Assembly: GCA_040752695.1 (NCBI GenBank) | Contig: JBFMGO010000083.1 | Location: forward strand, 1 to 27,582 | Length of the DNA stretch: 27,582 nucleotides | Direction: 5' to 3' | Source of the DNA: a bacterium | GTDB taxonomy: Bacteria; SZUA-182; DTGQ01 | In this document: in pieces, positions 1 through 8,334 of the stretch | Layout of the letters: the number at the start of each line of letters is the position of its first letter | How positions within the stretch are numbered: the stretch's first letter is position 1 | Made by a program: the position numbers and the translations under genes | Notes under the pieces: model-generated | Told to the model about the DNA's origin: nothing | Seen by the model: only the letters and a program-made list of their open reading frames with translations | Database searches by the model: none

Positions 1-1
1 C

Positions 2-298
2 GGTTTTGCTGGCCAGGCCAACTATGCGGCCTCCAAGGCAGGGCTGGTTGCTCTGTCCAGGTCCCTCTCCAAAGAGGTAGCCAAAAGAGGCATTACCGTA
101 AATTGTATTTCTCCCGGTTTCATTGATACCGAATTTATTCAGGACCTTTCAGAGGAAAGGCGAAAAGCCTACCGTGAAGATATTCCCATGAAGCGCTTTG
201 GAACCCCCCAGGAGGTGGCTCAGGCCGTACTGTTTCTAGCCTCCAGGGAGGCTTCCTACATTACCGGAGCAACTCTCGAAGTGACTGGAGGACTGTAA
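2..298 (+). CDS. fabG: 3-oxoacyl-ACP reductase (SDR family), 3' part only, truncated by the window edge
   Basis: Not in the ORF track. Frame from position 2 reads GFAGQANYAASKAGLVALSRSLSKEVAKRGITVNCISPGFIDTE...PMKRFGTPQEVAQAVLFLASREASYITGATLEVTGGL*, with the SDR YxxxK motif and a FabG-type C-terminus; TAA at 296-298. Confidence 0.93.
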   Translation, partial: GFAGQANYAASKAGLVALSRSLSKEVAKRGITVNCISPGFIDTEFIQDLSEERRKAYREDIPMKRFGTPQEVAQAVLFLASREASYITGATLEVTGGL

Positions 299-301
299 AA
301 T

Positions 302-766
302 ATGATTTCTGAAATGGAGGAGATTTCCGAGGAGATATATCAGGCTATTCCTCATCGACATCCCTTTTTGTTTGTAGATACCATCTGCGAGCTTGTCGAA
401 GATCGAATAAAGACAACCAAAAAAGTGCGGCCGGAGGACTTCTTTTTTCAGGGTCACTATCCTGGCAATCCCGTTATGCCGGGAGTTTTGATTTGTGAAT
501 CCATCTTTCAAACGGGAGCCATCCTGATTTCCAAAAAGGTCGGGACTGGAATAGATCATCAGGGCGTGCCGGTGCTTACCAGAATCCAGGATGCCAAATT
601 CCGGAGCATGATCAAGCCGTATGATGTGCTGGAAACAGAAGTCGAGATAATCGAAGCTCTTTCGGGTGCCTACTTTTTGAAAGGAAAAGTTACCGTTTTG
701 GGCAGGACGGTCGTGACCGTCAAGTTTGCCTGTACCCTGGTTCGAGATAAGGGGGTGAGTGAATGA
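302..766 (+). CDS. fabZ: 3-hydroxyacyl-ACP dehydratase, FabZ family
   Basis: IPHRHPFLFVD and FFQGHYPGNPVMPGVLICESIFQ (catalytic His/Glu) motifs; lies between fabG and fabI. Confidence 0.9.
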   Translation: MISEMEEISEEIYQAIPHRHPFLFVDTICELVEDRIKTTKKVRPEDFFFQGHYPGNPVMPGVLICESIFQTGAILISKKVGTGIDHQGVPVLTRIQDAKFRSMIKPYDVLETEVEIIEALSGAYFLKGKVTVLGRTVVTVKFACTLVRDKGVSE

Positions 767-1584
767 GCTTCCTGGACATGGAAGGAAAAAAAGTTCTCGT
801 CTTTGGAGTAGCTAACCGTAAAAGTGTGGCCTTCCATGTAGGCCACGCACTGAAAGAAATCGGAGCTGAAGCCCTGTATGCAGTAAAAACCCGTGAAATT
901 CAAGATGTTGCCCAGAAGTTTCTCCCTCCGGGCAGTCCGATTTACGTCTGCAATGTGGAGAAAGAGGGAGACATCGAAAAACTGGCTTTCGATATCAAAC
1001 AAGAGCACTCCAGCCTGGCCGGTCTGGTCCATTCCATTGCCTTCGCCAACTATAGTGGAGGGATGAATCCCTTTCACGAGACTGCAAGGAGCGACTTTTT
1101 GCAGTCCGTTGATATTTCCTGCTACTCTTTGATTCATATTGCCAGGGTCTTTGCCCCTCTCTTAGAGCGGGATGCTTCGGTGGTAACCCTGTCCATTTCA
1201 AGTACCCGCATGGCTGCCGAAAGCTATGGATTTATGGGGCCGGTCAAGGCTGCTCTGGATTCAACCATCTGTTTTCTGGCTAAATCGTTCAGTAATTTTT
1301 CCCGGATACGGTTCAATGCCGTAGGTGCAGGGTTATTAAAAACCTCCTCTTCGGCTGGAATCCCTGAATACATTGATTATTATCTTTTCGCCGAACAATT
1401 GACCTTACGGAAAAAAGCACTGGCTACCCGTGAAGTGGCCAATGTCGTGGCTTTTCTCTTAAGCAGCCGCTCAAGCGGCATAAATGCTCAAACCCTGGTC
1501 GTGGACGCCGGCATGTCGGTCAACTATTTCGACAGAAGTGTCGTCCGAAAATCCATTCGGACTAACTCTGATTTCCATTTGTGA
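763..1584 (+). CDS. fabI: Enoyl-ACP reductase (NADH), FabI-like
   Basis: VFGVANRKSVA, LVHSIAFA, Y-x6-K (YGFMGPVK), SSGINAQTLVVDAG; ATGA overlap with fabZ. Confidence 0.9.
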   Translation: MSFLDMEGKKVLVFGVANRKSVAFHVGHALKEIGAEALYAVKTREIQDVAQKFLPPGSPIYVCNVEKEGDIEKLAFDIKQEHSSLAGLVHSIAFANYSGGMNPFHETARSDFLQSVDISCYSLIHIARVFAPLLERDASVVTLSISSTRMAAESYGFMGPVKAALDSTICFLAKSFSNFSRIRFNAVGAGLLKTSSSAGIPEYIDYYLFAEQLTLRKKALATREVANVVAFLLSSRSSGINAQTLVVDAGMSVNYFDRSVVRKSIRTNSDFHL

Positions 1585-1650
1585 ACATTCACGAATGAAC
1601 ATTCGTGAATGTTCATCCAAAGAACGAACATCCAAAGAATGAACATCCAC
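1582..1650. repeat. Perfect 15-bp inverted repeat plus degenerate 14-15 nt tandem repeats
   Basis: TGAACATTCACGAAT-GAAC-ATTCGTGAATGTTCA (1582-1615), then CATCCAAAGAACGAA / CATCCAAAGAATGAA / CATCCAC. Confidence 0.85.
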
Positions 1651-1685
1651 TTCATGGGAATAAAATTCACAACGCATAAAAGATA

Positions 1686-2276
1686 ATGGATCTGGCTTCC
1701 CTGAATCCTGTTATTATACCGGTTTTGCATCCTGCACCTGACAGGCTGTCCGGTCGTGAGAAAAACGCCCTTCTTCAAAGGACTGCCCGGCAGGCACTAT
1801 TCATCAGCGCACAAAGAAGTGGGGTAACTCTGGGGCCTTTGATCAAGGATGAGCGGGGTGCTCCTGTCCCGACCAATGGGGTGTACTGGTCTTTATCCCA
1901 TAAAACCTATTGCGTGGCTGCGGTAGTCAGCGGAGAAAAGATCGGCATTGATATAGAAGAGATCCGTCCCCGCAAAAGCCGGGATCTCTTTTCCTGTCTG
2001 GCTGATCAGGATGAATGGCGGCTTGTTCCTGATCCTGACTGGGATCTTTTTTTTCGCTACTGGACAGCAAAAGAGGCAGCAACGAAAGCTACGGGAGTCG
2101 GCCTCAAGGATTTCAAAATCTGTAAGGTCGTCGCTATCCCTGATGAGAGACACCTCGTCCTGGACTATGCACACCGACTATGGCATATTGAGCATTATTG
2201 GTATCAAAACCATATTATTTCAGTAGTTGCAGACGGCAGGCATATTCGGTGGAGTCCCGGTATCGAGGGAGGATAA
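1686..2276 (+). CDS. 4'-phosphopantetheinyl transferase, Sfp-like
   Basis: RGAP...WSLSHK, IGIDIEE and FFRYWTAKEAATKATG motifs of the Sfp/ACPS superfamily; follows the fab genes. Confidence 0.9.
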   Translation: MDLASLNPVIIPVLHPAPDRLSGREKNALLQRTARQALFISAQRSGVTLGPLIKDERGAPVPTNGVYWSLSHKTYCVAAVVSGEKIGIDIEEIRPRKSRDLFSCLADQDEWRLVPDPDWDLFFRYWTAKEAATKATGVGLKDFKICKVVAIPDERHLVLDYAHRLWHIEHYWYQNHIISVVADGRHIRWSPGIEGG

Positions 2277-2342
2277 TGGGAATTGAACAGCCTCTGCTCT
2301 TGGATTGCTCTCAGATAAAAGTATTTTTTTGTAAATTTTAGT

Positions 2343-2371
2343 TTGACAAAATTAACACATTGTATTATTTT
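2343..2371 (+). promoter_or_regulatory. Candidate sigma70 promoter for leuA
   Basis: TTGACA (2343-2348), 17-nt spacer, TATTTT (2366-2371) in an AT-rich intergenic region. Confidence 0.5.
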
Positions 2372-2606
2372 CTTAAGAGCCCTTATTGTATCATGTAACC
2401 TTCGCAGCGTGCTCGGTTTCAAAGCCCGGATCGTGAATGAGAAACAAGGGAATAAGGGATACCCTGTCGTTCCGCCGGGCTAAAGATGGGTGAGAAAAAA
2501 TCAGGCTATTCTCAGGATCAAAGAGTTAGGTTATGGCGACTGAAAGACATCAAGTTCTTCTTTTCACTAAAAAGCTGGGTAAAATAAGCCAAGGGGATTA
2601 AAAACT

Positions 2607-4181
2607 ATGGATGCGAAAGATCAAAAGGAGAAAGTATTTATCTTAGATACGACTCTTCGGGATGGGGAGCAGGCAACTGGAAATTATTTGGTTCCCACAG
2701 AAAAACTGGATGTGGCTCGGCAACTGGCCCGACTCAAAGTGGATGTTCTTGAGGTAGGCTCACCCGCAACAAGTCAGATAGATTTTGAATCGGTACGACT
2801 GATAGCCCAAGAAATCGATGGACCGATTATCTGTGCTCTTTGCAGTGCCGCCAGGGAAGATATCGACCGTTGCGCGGAGGCACTGGCCGCAGCCAAGAAA
2901 AAACGTATCCACACCGGTATCGGAGTATCGGATATCCATATCGAACGGAAGCTTCACAAGACCAAAGATGAGATCCTGCAATTGGCTGCCGAGGTGGTCA
3001 AACATGCCAGGCAATATACGGATGATGTGGAGTTTTACGCTTTCGATGCCACCCGCGCCGAGCCGGAATTTTTATTCACTATCCTGCAGGCGGTAATCGA
3101 GGCAGGGGCCACGGTCGTGAATATTCCTGATACCACCGGTTATGCGATACCAGGCATGTACGGCGATTTAATCAGCAGCATCAGGGAGAATGTTCCCAAC
3201 ATCAGCCAGGCCATTATCAGTGTTCATTGCCATAATGATCTTGGGCTGGCTGTGGCCAACAGTCTGGCCGGCCTTCTGAACGGTGCCCGCCAGATAGAGT
3301 GTTCGGTAAACGGGATCGGTGCGCGGGCCGGAAACGCTTCCCTGGAAGAAGTGGTTTTGGGAATCATGACCCGGAAGGACTATTTTCAGTTCACGCCCCA
3401 GATTCAGACCAAAGAATTGTACCGGACCAGTCGCACGGTCGCTCATGCCTTCGGCCTCATGGTGCCACGGAATAAACCGATCGTAGGGAGCAATGCCCTG
3501 AGCAATAGCTTCGGTTTTCACGTAAACGGGGCCAAAGAGCGTATGACTTATGAGATCATCAACCCCGAAGATATCGGATTTCCCCAGAGCCGGGTCATTC
3601 TTACCGCCAGGACAGGGAGACATGGACTGAAGCACCGGTTAAAAGAGCTTGGCTATCCGCCGTTTTCTCAGGAGAGACTGGAGAAGGTCTATGGAAGGTT
3701 CATGGAAATCGCGGACAGAAAACAGACGATTTACGATGAGGATCTTGTCTCCATTATGGAGAATGAGATTCCCAACATGCCTGAAATATACTCTCTATCC
3801 TTTTTACAGGTAATAAACGGAACACATTCAATTCCCACTGCTACGGTAAAGATCAAAAAGAGAGAAAACGGCGAAGAGGAAACCATCCTGGAATCCGCTC
3901 TGGGCGATGGTCCTGTCGACGCTGCTTATAAGGCGATTGACAAGGCTGTCAAATTTCCCGTCAAACTCGACGACTATACCGCTCATGCAGTCACTTCCGG
4001 CGGTTCGGCTATGGCCGAGGTCCTGGTCAGCATATCCAGGGAAGGAAAAAAGGTTTTCGGGCATGGCTCATCTACCGATATCGTCGAGGCCAGTGTCCGG
4101 GCTTATCTCAACGGGATCAATAAGCTCGTAGATAAAATGGCCATGGTAGAATGCAGCAATGAGGTCAAAAGCCTGGATTAA
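2607..4181 (+). CDS. leuA: 2-isopropylmalate synthase (LeuA) homologue with substituted active-site residues
   Basis: DTTLRDGEQ, NIPDTTG, HCHNDLG and a C-terminal regulatory domain (GDGPVDA...STDIVEAS). Three motifs deviate from canonical: EFYAFD, GIGARAGN and SNSFGFHVNG. Confidence 0.85.
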   Translation: MDAKDQKEKVFILDTTLRDGEQATGNYLVPTEKLDVARQLARLKVDVLEVGSPATSQIDFESVRLIAQEIDGPIICALCSAAREDIDRCAEALAAAKKKRIHTGIGVSDIHIERKLHKTKDEILQLAAEVVKHARQYTDDVEFYAFDATRAEPEFLFTILQAVIEAGATVVNIPDTTGYAIPGMYGDLISSIRENVPNISQAIISVHCHNDLGLAVANSLAGLLNGARQIECSVNGIGARAGNASLEEVVLGIMTRKDYFQFTPQIQTKELYRTSRTVAHAFGLMVPRNKPIVGSNALSNSFGFHVNGAKERMTYEIINPEDIGFPQSRVILTARTGRHGLKHRLKELGYPPFSQERLEKVYGRFMEIADRKQTIYDEDLVSIMENEIPNMPEIYSLSFLQVINGTHSIPTATVKIKKRENGEEETILESALGDGPVDAAYKAIDKAVKFPVKLDDYTAHAVTSGGSAMAEVLVSISREGKKVFGHGSSTDIVEASVRAYLNGINKLVDKMAMVECSNEVKSLD

Positions 4182-4269
4182 AGCGGGGACTGATCGGATT
4201 TTAAAAAAGGGCAGGATCAGTTCATTGGCAGACCATAGGAGGGGATATGGCGAGTTCTAAGGACATCAT

Positions 4270-4617
4270 TCATTCGTTCTGCAGTGCCATAACCTTCTCC
4301 AATTGGGCGATGAGAAACGGAAGGTCTTCAATAACCGTTTCTCGAACCATATCCAGATTCACATCAAAATAACCGTGAATGAGCCGGTCGCGCATACCGA
4401 TCATCTTTTTCCACGCGATATCAGGGTGAGCTTCACGAAATGCCGGAGAAACACCTCTGGCGGCCTCTCCAACAATCTCCAGAAGACGAACAAGCGACAG
4501 GCTCAACATTCTTTGGGTGCTTAGATCCGCGCAAGAGTGGCTACTCCTATAGAGGGCGACTGCTTCTTGAGCAGCATCAAGAATGTGATGCAGGCGGACG
4601 GTATCATTTTTTATCAT
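4270..4617 (-). CDS. HepT-like HEPN ribonuclease toxin (DUF86)
   Basis: RLLEIVGEAA...WKKMIGMRDRLIHGYF with Rx4H and the adjacent Tyr; likely ATG at 4617 overlapping the antitoxin end. Confidence 0.9.
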   Translation of the reverse strand: MIKNDTVRLHHILDAAQEAVALYRSSHSCADLSTQRMLSLSLVRLLEIVGEAARGVSPAFREAHPDIAWKKMIGMRDRLIHGYFDVNLDMVRETVIEDLPFLIAQLEKVMALQNE

Positions 4618-4915
4618 ATTGCACCTGCGCGTTTGCCAGCACCTCATCCCGGAAATACCGGCTCAGATCTTCGGCGGTCCGAAGATCTGCCTTGCGTCCA
4701 AGCAAGGATGATAATTCTTCCTCCATATCGAATAATCGAAAGAAGCTTGGCACATGGCCTGGTTCAAATTCAACCAGGATATCCACGTCACTGTCCGGTT
4801 TAAAATCCTCCCGCAGGACGGAACCAAAGAGGGATAGTTTGCGGATGTGGTTGCGTTGACAAAAATCTGCAATTTTACCTTTGGGTATGCTGATCTTTGG
4901 ATTTGAATTGCGCAT
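4604..4915 (-). CDS. MntA-like minimal nucleotidyltransferase antitoxin
   Basis: LFGSVLREDFKPDSDVDILVEF (GS-x10-DxD); directly upstream of the HEPN gene; start taken at ATG 4915. Confidence 0.9.
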   Translation of the reverse strand: MRNSNPKISIPKGKIADFCQRNHIRKLSLFGSVLREDFKPDSDVDILVEFEPGHVPSFFRLFDMEEELSSLLGRKADLRTAEDLSRYFRDEVLANAQVQYDKK

Positions 4916-4981
4916 CACGCGTATTTGTTTATCGTGTGGGTGGTCTTTTATTATGCCGGGGACCACAGTAGTTTTTCTGTA

Positions 4982-6442
4982 TTAGAGCCACAGTTGTTGT
5001 TTCAGTGCCATGGCTGCTGTTTTGGCAATCTCGATAAATGGCTGGGGATATACGGCAATGATAACGGTTATGACCAGGGAAATGCCGACGACCAGTTTCA
5101 TGAGTTGAGGGATCTCCAATTGACTGGCTGCGGATGCCTTTGCTTTTGCGGCTTCGTCTCCTCGCTCTACATAAATATAGCGCAGTACGTTGACATAATA
5201 GTAGACGGAGATCACGGAATTAATAATTCCGATAATAGCCAGCCAAGTCATTCCCCGGTTGATGGCCGAGGCGAAGAGGTCGAATTTTCCCCAAAAGCCG
5301 GGGGTTGGAGGTATTCCGATCATGGAGATAAGGAAAATGGCAATGGAAAATGACATAAGAGGGGATCTCTCTGATAATCCCGCCAGTTTTTTAATGTGAT
5401 GGTCTCCCTGCATGACTCCGGCGACCACGGCAAATGCTCCGATATTGACAATCCCATAAATCATAAGGTAAAAAATGGCAGCACTGAAAGCCATCTGGTC
5501 AGCAACGGCAAAAGCCATAAGGACATATCCGACATGGGCGATGCTGGAAAACCCGAGCATCCGTTTGATATTCGTTTGAGAAAGGGCTACGATATTGCCC
5601 ACACACATACTCATGACGGAGAGAATGATAAAGAGGATTCTCCACTGAGCGATCAAGGGGCTGAAGGCAGTGGTTACAAGACGGATCAAGGCGGCAAATC
5701 CGGCAACCTTCGGGGCTGTGGCCAGAAAGGAAGTAACCGGTGTCGGTGCTCCCTCGTAAGTATCGGGGACCCAAAAATGGAAAGGAACTGCCGCTATCTT
5801 GAAGGCAAACCCTGCCAGGATAAAAATTACCGACATCAAAAGGATAGGCTGGCTGTGGATATCAATGAGGCTCAGTTTCCAGGCAATGGCATCAAAGTTG
5901 GTAGCAGCCGTAAGCCCATAAATAAAAGTCATTCCATACAGCATAACCACCGAAGCCAGCATACCAAGCATCAGATACTTATAGGCAGCCTCATTCGAGC
6001 GGGCATCTTCCTTATCGATCCCGGACAGGATGTAAAGGGGAATACTCGTCAATTGCAGACTCAGGAAGAAACTGATGAAATTATCGGATGAAACCATGAA
6101 CATCATTCCGACCACCGAGAACAGAATCAGGCAGTAATACTCTCCCTTGCGGGTGATGGAGGAATTGAAATAATCCACCGAGAGCAGAATGACCAGGCCG
6201 GTACTCAAAAGCAGGATGATTTTTATGACGTGACCAAAAGAGTCGATGGTGAACAGGCCATTGAAGGACACCGGATTAAGAGAGAAGATTCGTACGAGTT
6301 GTATGACGGCCATGACGGGACCGGCCACTGCGGCTATGCCGAGGATCCTTTTCGATTTTTCCTGCATGAACAGATCTGCGGTCAGGATGATCGTGCCGGT
6401 GAGGAAGATGATAATTTCTGGCAAAAGGAGATTTAGATGCAT
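4982..6442 (-). CDS. nuoN: NADH-quinone oxidoreductase subunit N
   Basis: SNEAAYKY, FKIAAVPFHFWVPDTYEGAPTPV, KRMLGFSSIAH, GIPPTPGFWGKF; start ATG 6442 preceded by GGAG. Confidence 0.93.
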   Translation of the reverse strand: MHLNLLLPEIIIFLTGTIILTADLFMQEKSKRILGIAAVAGPVMAVIQLVRIFSLNPVSFNGLFTIDSFGHVIKIILLLSTGLVILLSVDYFNSSITRKGEYYCLILFSVVGMMFMVSSDNFISFFLSLQLTSIPLYILSGIDKEDARSNEAAYKYLMLGMLASVVMLYGMTFIYGLTAATNFDAIAWKLSLIDIHSQPILLMSVIFILAGFAFKIAAVPFHFWVPDTYEGAPTPVTSFLATAPKVAGFAALIRLVTTAFSPLIAQWRILFIILSVMSMCVGNIVALSQTNIKRMLGFSSIAHVGYVLMAFAVADQMAFSAAIFYLMIYGIVNIGAFAVVAGVMQGDHHIKKLAGLSERSPLMSFSIAIFLISMIGIPPTPGFWGKFDLFASAINRGMTWLAIIGIINSVISVYYYVNVLRYIYVERGDEAAKAKASAASQLEIPQLMKLVVGISLVITVIIAVYPQPFIEIAKTAAMALKQQLWL

Positions 6443-6518
6443 ATTTTTGCTTCTCCGCTCAGAAAAAGGGTCTTCTGTGTGCTGGGATTTTGATCGTTTT
6501 TTAAGACCATTCGCTGTA

Positions 6519-8015
6519 TCATGGCAATTGAATCCTCGCAATGAATTGGGCTGCATAGTTATGAAACGTAGACAGCAGCAATTTCGGGTAAAAACCCAGG
6601 AATATGATGATAACTGAGAGGGAAATAAGAGAAAAAATCAGCTTTTTATTGTAGGCTGCTACCTGGAGAGTACCCGCCTGATCAGATGATGGCTGATGAT
6701 GACCCAGACCACTGTCACTTGAAGTCCCCCGAAATGAGATGGCCGGTAACATCGAGAAAATATATCCTGCCATGATTACGGTGCCGGTCATGGCTATGAT
6801 CCCGAAAATAACCTGGCTCTGGAACGCACCGGACAGGATATAGAATTCGGCGATGAAACTGCTCATGCCCGGAAGCCCGAAAGAAGCCAGGAGGAGAAGC
6901 CAGAACAGCATGGCACCTGTCGGAATGTAGTGAACGATCATGCGTAGTTTCCTGATTTCAATCGTACCCAGGGTATCTTGAATCATGCTGATGGCCATGA
7001 AGATGGCACCGGCAATGATGCCATGATTAAACATATGGAAGATGGATCCTTCAATGCCTATTTTATTCAAGGCTCCGACACCCAGCATAATCAGACCCAT
7101 ATGCCCCAGGCTGGAATAGGCGAACATCCGTTTGAGGTCCGTCTGCGCCGCAGCACACAGGTTGGCATAGATGATGGTAGTGACCGCCAGGATGCAGACA
7201 AGCCAACTGAAGGTTGCGCTTCCCTGCGGAACCAGACTGTATCCCACCCGGATAAAACCGTATACGCCCATTTTGGCCACTAATCCTGAGAGCAGCACCG
7301 TAATCGAATTGGGTGCCTCGACATAAGCATCCGGCTGCCAGCTATGGAAGGGAAAAAGAGGTACCTTGATGGCCAGGCCAATGAGAAGGAAGATGAAGAT
7401 GACCCTCTGGAATCCGATCGAAAAATTGGCTGTAAGCAGCGCAGGGATACTGAAGGTGTGCATATCGGCCCGAAAGTAGATGGCAAGGATGGCAATCAAC
7501 ATGACCAGGCTGCCCAGGAGAGTATACATCAGAAATTTGATGCTCGCCTTTTGCCGGTTCGGACCGCCCCAGATGCCGATGAGGAAATAGCCGGGAATCA
7601 GAACAACCTCCCAGAATACATAAAAGAGGATTAGATCAAGAGACAGAAACACCCCCAACAGCCCGCATTCCATAAGCAGAAGGCAGGAGTAGAATGCCCT
7701 CAGCCGGTACTCCTCCTGATGCATGGCCATAACCACCAGAAAGCTCAAAAGGCTTACTAAAAGCACCAGGCTTAAGTTGAGCCCATCCACTCCGAGGAAA
7801 TAGGACACTCCAAGCCCCTTGACCCAGATTACATTTTCCACAAACTGGTAATCCTGGTTGAGTTGAAAATGAAAAAGCAGATATATGGAAAGTATAAGGG
7901 GAATAGCCGTGCTTACCAAGGCGATTTTCTTCGCAGAACTCTCTTTGCCCGGAAGAAAAAAAATCGCGATTGCTCCGAGTATCGGTGTCCATATTATTAA
8001 CGACAAGAGAGGCAA
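6519..8015 (-). CDS. nuoM: NADH-quinone oxidoreductase subunit M
   Basis: LGVDGL, FYVFWEVVLIP, IKVPLFPFHSW, AKMGVYG, LPGMSSFIAEF; TTG start after AGGAG; 498 aa, without NuoL's long C-terminal extension. Confidence 0.93.
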   Translation of the reverse strand: MPLLSLIIWTPILGAIAIFFLPGKESSAKKIALVSTAIPLILSIYLLFHFQLNQDYQFVENVIWVKGLGVSYFLGVDGLNLSLVLLVSLLSFLVVMAMHQEEYRLRAFYSCLLLMECGLLGVFLSLDLILFYVFWEVVLIPGYFLIGIWGGPNRQKASIKFLMYTLLGSLVMLIAILAIYFRADMHTFSIPALLTANFSIGFQRVIFIFLLIGLAIKVPLFPFHSWQPDAYVEAPNSITVLLSGLVAKMGVYGFIRVGYSLVPQGSATFSWLVCILAVTTIIYANLCAAAQTDLKRMFAYSSLGHMGLIMLGVGALNKIGIEGSIFHMFNHGIIAGAIFMAISMIQDTLGTIEIRKLRMIVHYIPTGAMLFWLLLLASFGLPGMSSFIAEFYILSGAFQSQVIFGIIAMTGTVIMAGYIFSMLPAISFRGTSSDSGLGHHQPSSDQAGTLQVAAYNKKLIFSLISLSVIIIFLGFYPKLLLSTFHNYAAQFIARIQLP

Positions 8016-8025
8016 TTTTTTTCTC

Positions 8026-8334
8026 CTACCATTTCAGGAAATCTATTTGGTCAATATTAATGGTGTTTCTTAAACGATAGAGATTGAGAATAATGGCCAG
8101 CCCTACGCCGATTTCTCCTGCTCCTACGGCAATAGCAAATAAGGAAAAGATCTGCCCGGTCAGGTCCGATCCGCCAACATAGGCTGAAAAGGCAACCAGG
8201 TTAATATTTACGGCATTCAACATGAGCTCTATGGATACGAGAATCATAATCGAATTCCTTCTGGCCAGTACTCCATAGACGCCAACACAAAAAAGCACTG
8301 CGGAAAAGGTCAGGTAGTAGGAGAGCGATATCAT
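8026..8334 (-). CDS. nuoK: NADH-quinone oxidoreductase subunit K
   Basis: SIELMLNAVNINLVAF...GQIF...AGEIGVGLA. Confidence 0.95.
   Translation of the reverse strand: MISLSYYLTFSAVLFCVGVYGVLARRNSIMILVSIELMLNAVNINLVAFSAYVGGSDLTGQIFSLFAIAVGAGEIGVGLAIILNLYRLRNTINIDQIDFLKW

Noticed and set aside
1582..1650. CRISPR array or LexA boxes
   Set aside because: Units are 14-15 nt and abut without unique spacers, with no cas genes; GAAC/GTTC spacing does not match the N4 or N7 SOS boxes.
2405..2435. tRNA-Sec (selC)-like TTCAAA anticodon loop
   Set aside because: No acceptor stem, T-arm GTTCGA or long variable arm can be built around it.
2400..2606. T-box or leader-peptide attenuator for leuA
   Set aside because: No UGGNACC T-box bulge, no terminator and no Leu-codon run in the short leader ORFs.
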